A DNA stretch of 64,000 nucleotides from an uncultured Actinomycetes bacterium (GCA_963708365.1 CAVPSM010000011.1:141744-205743), one strand, 5' to 3'. Shown: positions 18,300-26,921, counted from the stretch's first letter. The notes: a model not told the origin generated them from the letters alone. Made by a program: numbers and translations.

Positions 18300-19908
18300 G
18301 CGGATCGCGCTCGGCGACGGCGACCTCTGGGTGACGCCCGAGCTCGACGACGCGGGCGGCCCGGACGAGATCGTGCCCGGCTGGGGCGGCACCCACCGCG
18401 ACGGGCTCGGCGTGCGGGCGGACCGCGGCGGCGTCGACATCGCGGTCGTGGGCGGGCTGGTGCTCGACCCCGCAATTGGCGTTCGCCGAACGTCAATTGG
18501 CATCCGGGGCGGGCGCGTGTGCGCGATCGGCCGGGCCGGCAACCCGGACACGATGGACGGCATCGACGTCGTCCTCGACTCGCAGACCGCGCTCGTCGAC
18601 GCACGCGGGATGGTGATCACGCCCGGCGCCGTGGACTGCCACATGCACTGGCTCTCGCCCCAGCTCGGCGAGGCGGCCCTCGCGGGCGGCGTCACCACGA
18701 TCGTGGCGCAGGACTATGGCCCGATCTGGAATCTGGGCGCGAACCCGGCCGCCGGTCTGCGCGTCGCGTGGGCGGCGCTCGAGGCGACGGCGCTGAACGT
18801 CGCCTTCCTCGTGCGGGCGTCGGCTTCACGGCCCGAGGGCGTCGAGGAGTCGCTCGCCGCCGGCGGCGCCGGGCTGAAGATCCACGAGGACGTGGCCGCC
18901 GGGCCGCAACAGCTGTGCTGCGCGCTCGACGTGGCCGACCGGCATGACGTCCAGCTCGCGATTCACACCGACGGCCTGAACGAGGCCCTGCGCGCCGCCG
19001 ACACCGCCCGCGTGCTCGACGGCCGGATGGCCCACCTCTACCACATCGAGGGCGTCGGCGGCGGCCACGCACCCGACCTGCTCAGCCTGGCGGGGCGTGA
19101 GCGGCTGATCACCTCCTCCACGAACCCGACGGTGCCCTTCGGGATCGGCGCCGAGGCCGAGCACCTTGCGATGGTCGCCGCCGTGCACCTGCTCGAGCCG
19201 GGCTCCCGGGCCGGCGACGCCGCCATCCTCCGCGCGCGCGTGCGGGCCTGGACGATGGCCGCCGAGAGCGTCCTGCACGACCTGGGCGTGATCCCGATCC
19301 TCTCCTCCGACTCTCAGGGCATGGGCCGGATCTCGGAGACCGTCCGGCACGCGTTCCAGTGCGCCGCCGCGATGAAGGCCCAGCGCGGCGGCGACGGCGC
19401 GGACGACAACGAGCGGGTGCTGCGCTACCTGGCCAAGGTGACCGTGAACCCTGCGATCGCCCACGGCCTTGCCGCCCACGTCGGGTCGCTGCGCGAAGGC
19501 CGCCTCGCCGACATGGTCGTCTGGCGGCCCGACCTCTTCCCGGTGCGCCCCGAGCTCGTGCTGAAGGCGGGAATCTCGGCCTGGGGCGCGTCGGGCGCGG
19601 GCGGCGCGACCACGATGATGACCGAGCCCGTGCGCATAGGCCCCCAGATCGCCGCGACCGGCGCCGCGCCGGGCCAGGTCTCGCTGGCCTTCCTGGCCGG
19701 CTCGGCCATGTCCGCCGACCTGCCGACGACCCGCGAGCGCGCCCGGGTGTCGGACTGCCGCGACCTGACCGCCGCCGACATGGTCGGGAACAGCCGCACC
19801 GGGAGGATCGTCGTCGACCCCGAGGCCGAGACGGTCACACTCGATGGCGAGCGGGTCGGGTGCGACCCGGTCACCGAGGTCGCCTACGGGCGGCGGTATC
19901 TCCTGTAA
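18286..19908 (+). CDS. ureC: urease alpha subunit (all Ni-ligand motifs present)
   Basis: ORF 18229..19908 trimmed to Met20, overlapping the ureAB stop. Motifs present: DCHMHW, GLKIHED, AIHTDGLNE, YHIEGVGGGHAPD, SSDSQGMGRI. Confidence 0.85.
   Translation: MPAPERIALGDGDLWVTPELDDAGGPDEIVPGWGGTHRDGLGVRADRGGVDIAVVGGLVLDPAIGVRRTSIGIRGGRVCAIGRAGNPDTMDGIDVVLDSQTALVDARGMVITPGAVDCHMHWLSPQLGEAALAGGVTTIVAQDYGPIWNLGANPAAGLRVAWAALEATALNVAFLVRASASRPEGVEESLAAGGAGLKIHEDVAAGPQQLCCALDVADRHDVQLAIHTDGLNEALRAADTARVLDGRMAHLYHIEGVGGGHAPDLLSLAGRERLITSSTNPTVPFGIGAEAEHLAMVAAVHLLEPGSRAGDAAILRARVRAWTMAAESVLHDLGVIPILSSDSQGMGRISETVRHAFQCAAAMKAQRGGDGADDNERVLRYLAKVTVNPAIAHGLAAHVGSLREGRLADMVVWRPDLFPVRPELVLKAGISAWGASGAGGATTMMTEPVRIGPQIAATGAAPGQVSLAFLAGSAMSADLPTTRERARVSDCRDLTAADMVGNSRTGRIVVDPEAETVTLDGERVGCDPVTEVAYGRRYLL
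18473..18499. repeat. 27-bp near-perfect palindrome inside ureC
   Basis: CAATTGGCGTTCG-C-CGAACGTCAATTG; 12 of 13 arm positions pair. It is encoded with the rare A/T-ending codons GCA ATT GGC GTT CGC CGA ACG TCA ATT. Confidence 0.6.
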
Positions 19909-19918
19909 TGTCGCCGCG

Positions 19919-20794
19919 ATGAGGATCGAGGAGGCCGACGAGCGGCGCGTCGAGGTAACGGGCGGGAGCGTCTGGACCGCCCGGCTGGGGCCGAGCGACG
20001 GGACGCCTGTCCTGCTCTTGCACGGCGGCCCGGGCGCGGCCAGCTATTACATGATCCCGCTGGCCGAGCGGCTCGCCGAGCACCGCCCGACGATCGTCTA
20101 CGACCAGCTGGGCTGCGGCCGCTCCGACCAGCCTGACGACACGTCGCTGTGGACGGTCGACCGGTCGGTCGAGGAGGTCGACCAGGTGCGCGCCGCCCTC
20201 GGGCTCGAGCGCTGCCACCTGCTCGGCCAGTCGTGGGGCGGCTGGCTCTCGATCGAGTACATGGCCCGGGGTGCCGCCGGTATCGAGCGGCTCGTCCTGG
20301 CGAGCACATCGGCCAGCATCCCCGAGTTCATGGCGGGTGCGCGCGGTCTGATCGAGCAACTGCCCGAGCCGCACCGCACGGTGCTGATCGAGCTGGGAGA
20401 GAAGGGCGAGTACGACCACCCCGACTATCAGGCCGCGGTCGAGGTCTTCTACCACCGCCACCTGTGCCGGATGGATCCGTGGCCCGAAGCCCTCGTGCGC
20501 TCCGGCGAGCAGATGGACGGAAACCAGGTCTACCTGACGATGAACGGGCCCACCGAGTTCGACGTCATCGGCCTGCTGCGCGAGTGGGACCGCACGGACG
20601 ACCTGGACCGCATCGGCGTCCCGACGCTCGTGACGTGCGGCCGCTACGACGAGATCACGCCGTCGTGCTCCGAGACGATCACGCGCGGCGTCCCGGACGC
20701 GCGCATGCACGTGTTCGAGCAGAGCGCGCATTGCGCCCACCTCGAGGAGGCGGACGACTACGCCCGGATCGTCGAGGCGTTCCTGAGCGAGTAG
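19919..20794 (+). CDS. proline iminopeptidase-family alpha/beta hydrolase
   Basis: ORF 19844..20794 trimmed to Met26. Motifs LLLHGGPGAAS, YDQLGCGRS and GQSWGGWL are present. Confidence 0.85.
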   Translation: MRIEEADERRVEVTGGSVWTARLGPSDGTPVLLLHGGPGAASYYMIPLAERLAEHRPTIVYDQLGCGRSDQPDDTSLWTVDRSVEEVDQVRAALGLERCHLLGQSWGGWLSIEYMARGAAGIERLVLASTSASIPEFMAGARGLIEQLPEPHRTVLIELGEKGEYDHPDYQAAVEVFYHRHLCRMDPWPEALVRSGEQMDGNQVYLTMNGPTEFDVIGLLREWDRTDDLDRIGVPTLVTCGRYDEITPSCSETITRGVPDARMHVFEQSAHCAHLEEADDYARIVEAFLSE

Positions 20795-20810
20795 CGCGGC
20801 GGGCGCCCAC

Positions 20811-21404
20811 CTACGGAGCCGTGGCCCAGGGCAGCTCGTCCCAGGTCGTCGGCCGATCCACGCTCCAGTGTCCGTACGGCTCCGTCTCGCCCTCGGCGTC
20901 CGAACCGGCGCCGCGCCGCAGGACGGCCTCGGCCCCGTGCCGGCGCGCAGCCTCGGAGCGGGGGTAGACCCGCTCGAGGTCGTCGCGGCGGTTGCCGGTC
21001 GCGAGGATCACGCACGGCCCGTCCCCCGTGGCGACGAACCCGTGGGCCGTCATCGGCGGGCAGTGGACGAAGTCCCACGCGCGCAGGTGGCGCTCCTCGT
21101 CCTCGACGATCAGGACGCACTCGCCCATGAGGACGAGGAAGTCCTCCTGCACGGACTCCGCGTGGTATTGAACGCCCGGCTCACCCGCCGGGAAGACCCG
21201 GATCGTGAACCCGGCCTCGGGCTTCATGTACTCGGTCAGGTCGGAGCGGCCGCGCAGCACGTAGTCGTCCGATTCGAATATGCAGACGCCGCCGCACCGG
21301 TCGTTGTTCACCCACGCGGCGTCGGCAGTGTTGATGACGAACCAGCCCGGCGTCACGGGTGCAAGGCCCGTTGCCAGGCGCTCGAGATGTGCTTCAGGTA
21401 TCAA
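20811..21404 (-). CDS. cupin-domain protein
   Basis: ORF 20811..21596 trimmed to a TTG preceded by AGGAGGAAACG. The cupin core reads YHAESVQEDFLVLMGECVLIVEDEE...HCPPMTAHGFV. Confidence 0.7.
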   Translation of the reverse strand: MIPEAHLERLATGLAPVTPGWFVINTADAAWVNNDRCGGVCIFESDDYVLRGRSDLTEYMKPEAGFTIRVFPAGEPGVQYHAESVQEDFLVLMGECVLIVEDEERHLRAWDFVHCPPMTAHGFVATGDGPCVILATGNRRDDLERVYPRSEAARRHGAEAVLRRGAGSDAEGETEPYGHWSVDRPTTWDELPWATAP

Positions 21405-21539
21405 CGTTTCCTCCTGCTCGGTTGGTGATCCGGAGCACGCCCCGCCGCGACGCGATCGCGCCGGGTCGGAAAGCATGCATGGGAGCTGGGAGCTAGGCCG
21501 GGAACGCCACGCAGCGGAGTCTAGGCGCACGGGCCTCCG

Positions 21540-21571
21540 CCCAATTGGCATTTCATCGAATGCCAATTGGG
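21540..21571. promoter_or_regulatory. perfect 13-bp-arm AT-rich palindrome in a divergent intergenic region (candidate operator)
   Basis: CCCAATTGGCATT-TCATCG-AATGCCAATTGGG. It lies 39 nt upstream of the CPBP ATG and about 135 nt upstream of the cupin TTG. Confidence 0.5.
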
Positions 21572-21609
21572 AGTAGCCGCCCCGCCCGCCCCGCACGTAT
21601 CGTGGGGTA

Positions 21610-23040
21610 ATGGACGTCGCACCGAACGACGCGCCGGAGGGCGCCGCCGCGCCCGCGGAGTGGTGGCTCGCGGTCGCCGCCGCGGCCGCCTGCGTGCTGC
21701 TCTACCTGGCAGCGACGGTGTCGGCGTACCTGCTCACCGAGATGGGCCATCGCACCGTCCCGGCGGCGGTCGTCGCGATCGCCGTGAACATCGCGCTGTG
21801 CGTCGGCACGATCGCGCTGGCCGCGCGGATCGCCTACCCCGGCGGCGGCGTGCCGGCCGCGATCGTCGGCCGGGCCCGGTCGAGCCGGGTGGGGATCGCC
21901 GTGCTCGCCCAGGTCGGCTTCGTCGTCGTCGCCCTGCCGCTCCTGACCGAGATCGGCAACGCCCTGGGCCTGCACGGCACGACGAATCTCCCGCTGCAAC
22001 ACCGCCACGCCGGCGCGGTCCTGCTCCTGACCTGGATCGCCGTCGTCGCCGCGCCGTGGATGGAGGAGCTCTCGATGCGCGGATTCCTACTCTCCGGCCT
22101 GTGGCAGCGCTTCGGATTCTGGCCGGCCGCCCTCGCATCGTCGCTCGTCTGGGCAGGCCTCCACGGCGTATCCGGCGTGCTCATCCCGTTCACCTGCGAG
22201 GGGCTCGTGCTGTGCTGGATCCGCCGCCGCACCGGGTCGGTGCGGACCGGCATCGCACTTCACGCCACCCAGAACACGGCCGCGTCCCTGTTCTCCAGCG
22301 CCGGCTTCCTGGTCGTGCCGCCGCTCGCCGCCGTCATCCTCAGCCTGGTCGTCACCCGCGAGGGCTCCGCCATCCAGGCCCGCCGCCGGGCCGCGGAGGC
22401 GCTCGGGCGCGCCAACCGCGCCGCCGACACGGTCGCCGCGCGGTTCGCGAGCAGCGACGCGCGGCCGGGGGTCTGGATGCTCGCGGGAGCGGCGTTCGCC
22501 GCCGGCCTCGTGATCGAGGCCCTGCCGATCGAGGTCGGTCTCGGCGGCTCGGCGCTCCTCACCGCCGGCAGAGTCGTGATCGTCGCCCTGACGCTGCCGC
22601 CGCTGGCGTGGCTGCTCCTGGGCGCGCCGAGGGCGTGGCGGGCGCCGGCGGCGACGTCCCTGGCCGGCGCCGCCGGGTGCGTGCTCGTCTGCCTGGCCCG
22701 CCTCGGCATCCTGCTCGACAGCTCGGCGCTCGTCCCGCTCGTCGGGATCGGCTACACGCTGGTCGGCTTCGGCCTGCTCGGGCTGGCGACCGGCGAGCTC
22801 GACCGGCGCGCCCGTCTCGCCGCCGGAGCGGCCGGGCTCCTCATGCTCGCGAACCTGACGCCGCTGCCGTATGTGATCACGACCTCGCAGGCCATGGTCG
22901 ACCAGGGTCTGCTCACGTCGCTCGGCGCCGCCGGCGCGCTCGTCACCGTCGGGCTCACGCTGCGCCGCCCTGCCACGCCCGCCTCTGCGCCGGCCGGCCC
23001 CGTCGAGCGCCGCCCGCAGGTCGAGCTCAGCCCGGGCTAG
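21610..23040 (+). CDS. CPBP-family (CAAX/Abi-type) intramembrane metalloprotease with an extra C-terminal multi-TM region
   Basis: The three CPBP motifs are WMEELSMRGF, VWAGLHG and ALHATQN. About 240 further hydrophobic residues follow. Confidence 0.8.
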   Translation: MDVAPNDAPEGAAAPAEWWLAVAAAAACVLLYLAATVSAYLLTEMGHRTVPAAVVAIAVNIALCVGTIALAARIAYPGGGVPAAIVGRARSSRVGIAVLAQVGFVVVALPLLTEIGNALGLHGTTNLPLQHRHAGAVLLLTWIAVVAAPWMEELSMRGFLLSGLWQRFGFWPAALASSLVWAGLHGVSGVLIPFTCEGLVLCWIRRRTGSVRTGIALHATQNTAASLFSSAGFLVVPPLAAVILSLVVTREGSAIQARRRAAEALGRANRAADTVAARFASSDARPGVWMLAGAAFAAGLVIEALPIEVGLGGSALLTAGRVVIVALTLPPLAWLLLGAPRAWRAPAATSLAGAAGCVLVCLARLGILLDSSALVPLVGIGYTLVGFGLLGLATGELDRRARLAAGAAGLLMLANLTPLPYVITTSQAMVDQGLLTSLGAAGALVTVGLTLRRPATPASAPAGPVERRPQVELSPG

Positions 23041-23397
23041 ATGGACGACCGGGAGGTCACCTCACGCTGGTCGATCTGCTCGGATCGCTCGCTGCTGTCG
23101 ATCGCGTCGACCGGGTCCGTGCTCTCGATCGGGTCGGTCGGGTCGGTGCTCTCGGTGGGATCGATCGGGAGCGCGTGCTCGGCGTGGTCCATCGGGTCGT
23201 TCGCCTCGTTCGGGTCGATGCTCTCGGCCCGGTCGCGCTGGTCGATCCTGTCCGATCGCTCGTACGGCGCCGTGCTCGGTTCGCGCGAGGCGCACACGCG
23301 CGCGGGCGGACTCAGCGCCGCACAGCTCGCGGCCGTGGCGCTTGCAATCGCGATCGCCGGGCGCCGGATCGAAGCCCGCCGCCGCGCCGCCCGCTGA
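23041..23397 (+). CDS. Ser-X-X triplet-repeat protein with a C-terminal TM helix and basic tail (strand and frame not certain)
   Basis: The ATG directly follows the CPBP TAG. Residues 8-76 have Ser at every third position, followed by LSAAQLAAVALAIAIAG-RRIEARRRAAR. GC3 is high, but one antisense frame is equally open. Confidence 0.45.
   Translation: MDDREVTSRWSICSDRSLLSIASTGSVLSIGSVGSVLSVGSIGSACSAWSIGSFASFGSMLSARSRWSILSDRSYGAVLGSREAHTRAGGLSAAQLAAVALAIAIAGRRIEARRRAAR
23062..23268. repeat. 9-nt-period TCG repeat tract with near-duplicate ends
   Basis: TCG (or TCC/TCA/AGC) recurs every 9 nt, 23 times. The ends tcacgctggtcgatctgctcggatcgctcg and tcgcgctggtcgatcctgtccgatcgctcg are near-identical. 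Confidence 0.8.
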
Positions 23398-23400
23398 CCG

Positions 23401-24996
23401 TCAGCCGGTCTGCAGGTCGCGCCGGACGAAGCGCTCGACGGCACCGGCCGCGGCGATCGCGGCCACGACCAGCATGGCGGCGGTGCCCCGGCGGTCGACC
23501 GCGACGAGCGGCGCCTGGGTCACGTGGTGGAACGGCGAGATCGTGAGCAGCCACCACGGCGCGCCCACCAGCGCCCCGACGAGCTCCCACAGGAAGGCGA
23601 CACCCACGAGGCCGAAGGCTGCGCCCGGGCTCGGCCGCGGCATCCAGGCGAAGAGGAGCGCGCCGAGCGCGAGGAAGAGCACCGAGACGGCGATGCAGTT
23701 CGCACCCGCCGTGAGCATCGCGCCGAGCCCGACACCGCCGCTCGTCACCGCCGATCCCGCCCAGGCCAGGACGCCCACGGCCAGGGAGAGCACAACCGTC
23801 GCCCCGGCCGCCACGAGCAGCCGGCCGCCGATCCACGACCGCCGCGCCACCGGCAGCGCGAACAGCGTCTCGAGGCGCCCGGACGACTCCTCGTCGCGGA
23901 GACCGCCGACGTGGCTCACCGCGTACAACGCCACGACCATCGCGAAGATCGCGAACACGGCGGCGAGATAGCCCGCCGCGCTCGTGATGTCGAGGCCGTA
24001 GGTGCGGATCGACACCTTGCGCATCTCGTCGGCCACGCTGTGGGCGAACGCGCCCAGCGCGAACGCGAACAGGCCCGCCCCGACGAGCCACGCGAGCAGC
24101 GACGGCAGCTCGGAACGGAGGGCGGCCTGCGCCGGCGAGCCGAGCAGCCCCGTCCGCGACCGGGCGGTGGCCCGCCGCGAGAGCACGCTCGCACCCAGGT
24201 CGCGGTTGCGCGCGATCGCTATTGCGACCGCTGCCAGCGCCGGCGCCGCGACCGCAAAGAGCAGCAGGACGGCGGGGCGTGCGCCGGTCACCGGCCGCAC
24301 CTGCTCGACCCAGCCGATCGGCGTGATCCAGCGCACCCAGCCGATGCCATGGCCGATGTCGGCGACGATGCGGAAGAACACCGCGGCGGCAAGCGCGACG
24401 CCCGCCCCCGCCTGGGCCGCGCGCCGCGTCGGCGCGAGCTGGGAGGCGACGGCGCCGGCCGCGGCGAACACCGCAGCCGGGCCGACGATCGCGGCCGCCA
24501 CCATGGCCGACTGAGCCGTCGTCATGTCGCCGGCCGCCACGGCGAACACGAGCAGGACGACCCAGAGCAGCGCGAAGAGGACGGCGCATTCGACCGCGAG
24601 GGCGACGAGGACGGCGACCACCGCGCCGCCGCGGCCGATCGTCCCCGCCAGGATCAGCTCGTAGCAGCCCGCATCCTCCTCGCCCCGCAGGGCGCGTATG
24701 GCGGCGAACAACCCCCACGCCGACACCAGGATGGCAAGCATCCCCATCGCCCGGAACTCGAAGAACCCGCCCACCGTCGCCAGGTCGTGGGGGACGCCGT
24801 AGAACAGGCGGAGGGCGATGTTGTCCGAGAACGCCCGGGCGAACTGCTCCCGGACGGCGCGGGTCGGGTAGGCCTGGGCGTAGCCGATCACGTTCGCGAG
24901 CGTGTAGAGCACCGCGATCAGCGCGATCACTGCCAACCGCACCCGCTCGCCGCGGAGCGCGTGGCGGACGACGGCGCTAGCGGGCAACCCCAACAT
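23401..24996 (-). CDS. ABC-2-type exporter permease (531 aa, multi-TM)
   Basis: ORF-track 531 aa, hydrophobic throughout. It overlaps the upstream ATPase gene by 20 nt. Confidence 0.85.
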   Translation of the reverse strand: MLGLPASAVVRHALRGERVRLAVIALIAVLYTLANVIGYAQAYPTRAVREQFARAFSDNIALRLFYGVPHDLATVGGFFEFRAMGMLAILVSAWGLFAAIRALRGEEDAGCYELILAGTIGRGGAVVAVLVALAVECAVLFALLWVVLLVFAVAAGDMTTAQSAMVAAAIVGPAAVFAAAGAVASQLAPTRRAAQAGAGVALAAAVFFRIVADIGHGIGWVRWITPIGWVEQVRPVTGARPAVLLLFAVAAPALAAVAIAIARNRDLGASVLSRRATARSRTGLLGSPAQAALRSELPSLLAWLVGAGLFAFALGAFAHSVADEMRKVSIRTYGLDITSAAGYLAAVFAIFAMVVALYAVSHVGGLRDEESSGRLETLFALPVARRSWIGGRLLVAAGATVVLSLAVGVLAWAGSAVTSGGVGLGAMLTAGANCIAVSVLFLALGALLFAWMPRPSPGAAFGLVGVAFLWELVGALVGAPWWLLTISPFHHVTQAPLVAVDRRGTAAMLVVAAIAAAGAVERFVRRDLQTG

Positions 24997-25906
24997 GCTC
25001 GCCGCCGTGGTCGTAGTGGGCCAGGAACAGCTCTTCGAGGCTCGGCTCGCGGCTGACCAGGGCGATGACCCCCGTGCCGGCCAGCCGGTCGATCAGCGGG
25101 CCGACCGGCCCGCGCACATCGAAGCGGACGGCGCTCTCGCCGACCGCCGTCGAGGTGACGCCGTCCGGGAGCTCGAGCTCGGGCGGGGTCCCGTCGTACG
25201 TTGCCTCGACGACCCGTGCCGACAAGTGGCGCAGGTCCGCGAGCGTCCCCTCCTCCACCAGCCTCCCCTCGCGCAGGATGCCGACGCGGTCGCACAGCGC
25301 CTCGACCTCGCTCAGGATGTGGGACGAGAGGAACACCGCCTGCCCGGCCGCCTTGGCCTCGGCGACAGTGTCGCGGAAGGCGGCCTCCATGAGCGGGTCG
25401 AGGCCGCTGGTCGGCTCGTCGAGGACGAGCAGGTCGGGCCGGGCCGCGAAGGCGGCGATCAGCTGGATCTTCTGGCGGTTGCCCTTCGAGTAGTCGCGCA
25501 CCCGCTTGCGCGGATCGAACTCGAACCGGTCGACGAGGATGCCGCGGTACGCCTCGTCGACGCCGCCGCGCAGGCGGGCGAGGAACTCGAGGCTCTCGAG
25601 GCCGGTGAGCGCCGGCCACAGCATCGGCTCGCCGGCGACGAACGCCACCCTCCGGTGCGCCTGCACCGGGTCGCGCCAGGCGTCGATGCCGAAGATCGCG
25701 GCGCTGCCCTCGCTGGCCCGCTGCAGCCCCAGGACGAGCCGGATCGTGGTGGTCTTCCCCGCCCCGTTCGGCCCCAGGTACCCGTACACCTCGCCCGCGG
25801 AGACGACGAGGTCGAGCCCGGCGAGCGCCACGGTCGCGCCGTAGCGCTTGCCGAGCCCGGACGTCCGGATGGCGACGTCGTCGCCGTGGCCAGGCGCGCG
25901 ACTCAT
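24977..25906 (-). CDS. ABC transporter ATP-binding protein
   Basis: Walker A is GPNGAGKTT, the signature is YSKGNRQK, and Walker B is LLVLDEPTSGLD. Confidence 0.9.
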   Translation of the reverse strand: MSRAPGHGDDVAIRTSGLGKRYGATVALAGLDLVVSAGEVYGYLGPNGAGKTTTIRLVLGLQRASEGSAAIFGIDAWRDPVQAHRRVAFVAGEPMLWPALTGLESLEFLARLRGGVDEAYRGILVDRFEFDPRKRVRDYSKGNRQKIQLIAAFAARPDLLVLDEPTSGLDPLMEAAFRDTVAEAKAAGQAVFLSSHILSEVEALCDRVGILREGRLVEEGTLADLRHLSARVVEATYDGTPPELELPDGVTSTAVGESAVRFDVRGPVGPLIDRLAGTGVIALVSREPSLEELFLAHYDHGGEHVGVAR

Positions 25907-26868
25907 CGCCTGGAGCGTACTCCGGGAACCGTTCCGCTCACCGACTCAGCGAACCCGGACCGCCAGCTGGGATGAGCCGGCTCCCAGCCGAGCTCGCGCC
26001 GCGCCTTCGCGTTCGAGGAGCCGCGCGACTGGGTCATCATCGCGACGCCGACCTCGCCTGCGGCGAGCCGCCCGATCCAGGCCGGGACGCGCCGGGGCGG
26101 CTTCGCGCGCAGCAGCGTCGCGAGATGCGGGAGCCACTCCGAGACGGGCGCCGGATCGTCGTCGACGATGTTGTAGACGCCCGCGTCGCCGTGGTCGAGC
26201 GCGGCCACCGTGGCCGCCGCGGCGTCGGCCACATGGACGAACGACCACACGGCCGCGCCGTCGCCGATCAGCGGGAACTTGCGCCGCCGGATCAGGGTCG
26301 CGTACTCCTCGGCCATCGACGTCCCGGGCCCGTAGAGCGCGCCGTACCGGAGCGCCAGCCCGGCGATCCCGCCGGCCTCGGTCACGGTCTCCTCGAGGTA
26401 GCGGATGGCCGCGATCGACTCGCGCATCGCCGTCGGCGGGTGCGGGTCGAGCGGATCGTCCTCGGTCTTCACCGGGCCGCCCTCGCGGGCATTCGGCCAG
26501 CCGGTATAGCTCTGCGCCAGGAACCGGGTCGCCCCGGCCGCCCGCGCTGCCTCGAGCAGGATGTCGAGGCCGCGGGTGCGCAGCACGTTCGTCTCCGCGA
26601 AGGAGCGGTCGAACCGGCGCAGGTCAGCCTGGCCGCGCAGCGCCGTCAGCTCATGGATCACCGCGTCGGGCTCGGCCCGCATCACGGCGGTCATCACCTC
26701 GGCACGGACGAGCGGATCCAGGACGGCGGGCGTCGCACCCGCGTCCGCCAGCCACCTCGCCTTCCCGCTCGATCGCGTGGTGCCGACCACCGTGTGGCCG
26801 GCCTCCACCAGCTGCGGGACGAGCTGCCTTCCGATCACACCGGTCGCTCCAGCTACGAACACACGCAT
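25903..26868 (-). CDS. NAD(P)-dependent epimerase/dehydratase (SDR)
   Basis: ORF 25903..27561 trimmed to MRVFVAGATGVIGRQL, with a GGAGG SD upstream. The stop overlaps the ATPase start (ATGA). Confidence 0.85.
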   Translation of the reverse strand: MRVFVAGATGVIGRQLVPQLVEAGHTVVGTTRSSGKARWLADAGATPAVLDPLVRAEVMTAVMRAEPDAVIHELTALRGQADLRRFDRSFAETNVLRTRGLDILLEAARAAGATRFLAQSYTGWPNAREGGPVKTEDDPLDPHPPTAMRESIAAIRYLEETVTEAGGIAGLALRYGALYGPGTSMAEEYATLIRRRKFPLIGDGAAVWSFVHVADAAAATVAALDHGDAGVYNIVDDDPAPVSEWLPHLATLLRAKPPRRVPAWIGRLAAGEVGVAMMTQSRGSSNAKARRELGWEPAHPSWRSGFAESVSGTVPGVRSRR

Positions 26869-26876
26869 CTCGGTTC

Positions 26877-26921
26877 CTCCGTCTCGTCGAAATGGGCTTG
26901 CACCCACATGACGAGACGGAG
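26877..26921 (-). promoter_or_regulatory. long stem-loop that includes the epimerase Shine-Dalgarno sequence
   Basis: The minus-strand RNA reads CUCCGUCUCGUC-[AUG UGGGU GCAA GCCCA UUUC]-GACGAGACGGAG followed by GAACCGAG AUG. That is a 12-bp stem, an inner 5-bp stem with a GCAA tetraloop, and the SD GGAGG partly inside the stem. Confidence 0.45.

Noticed and set aside
23062-23268. Periodic repeat tract considered as a CRISPR array or a satellite
   Set aside because: The period is only 9 nt, there is no repeat/spacer alternation and no cas genes. The periodicity is explained by a codon-level Ser-X-X repeat.
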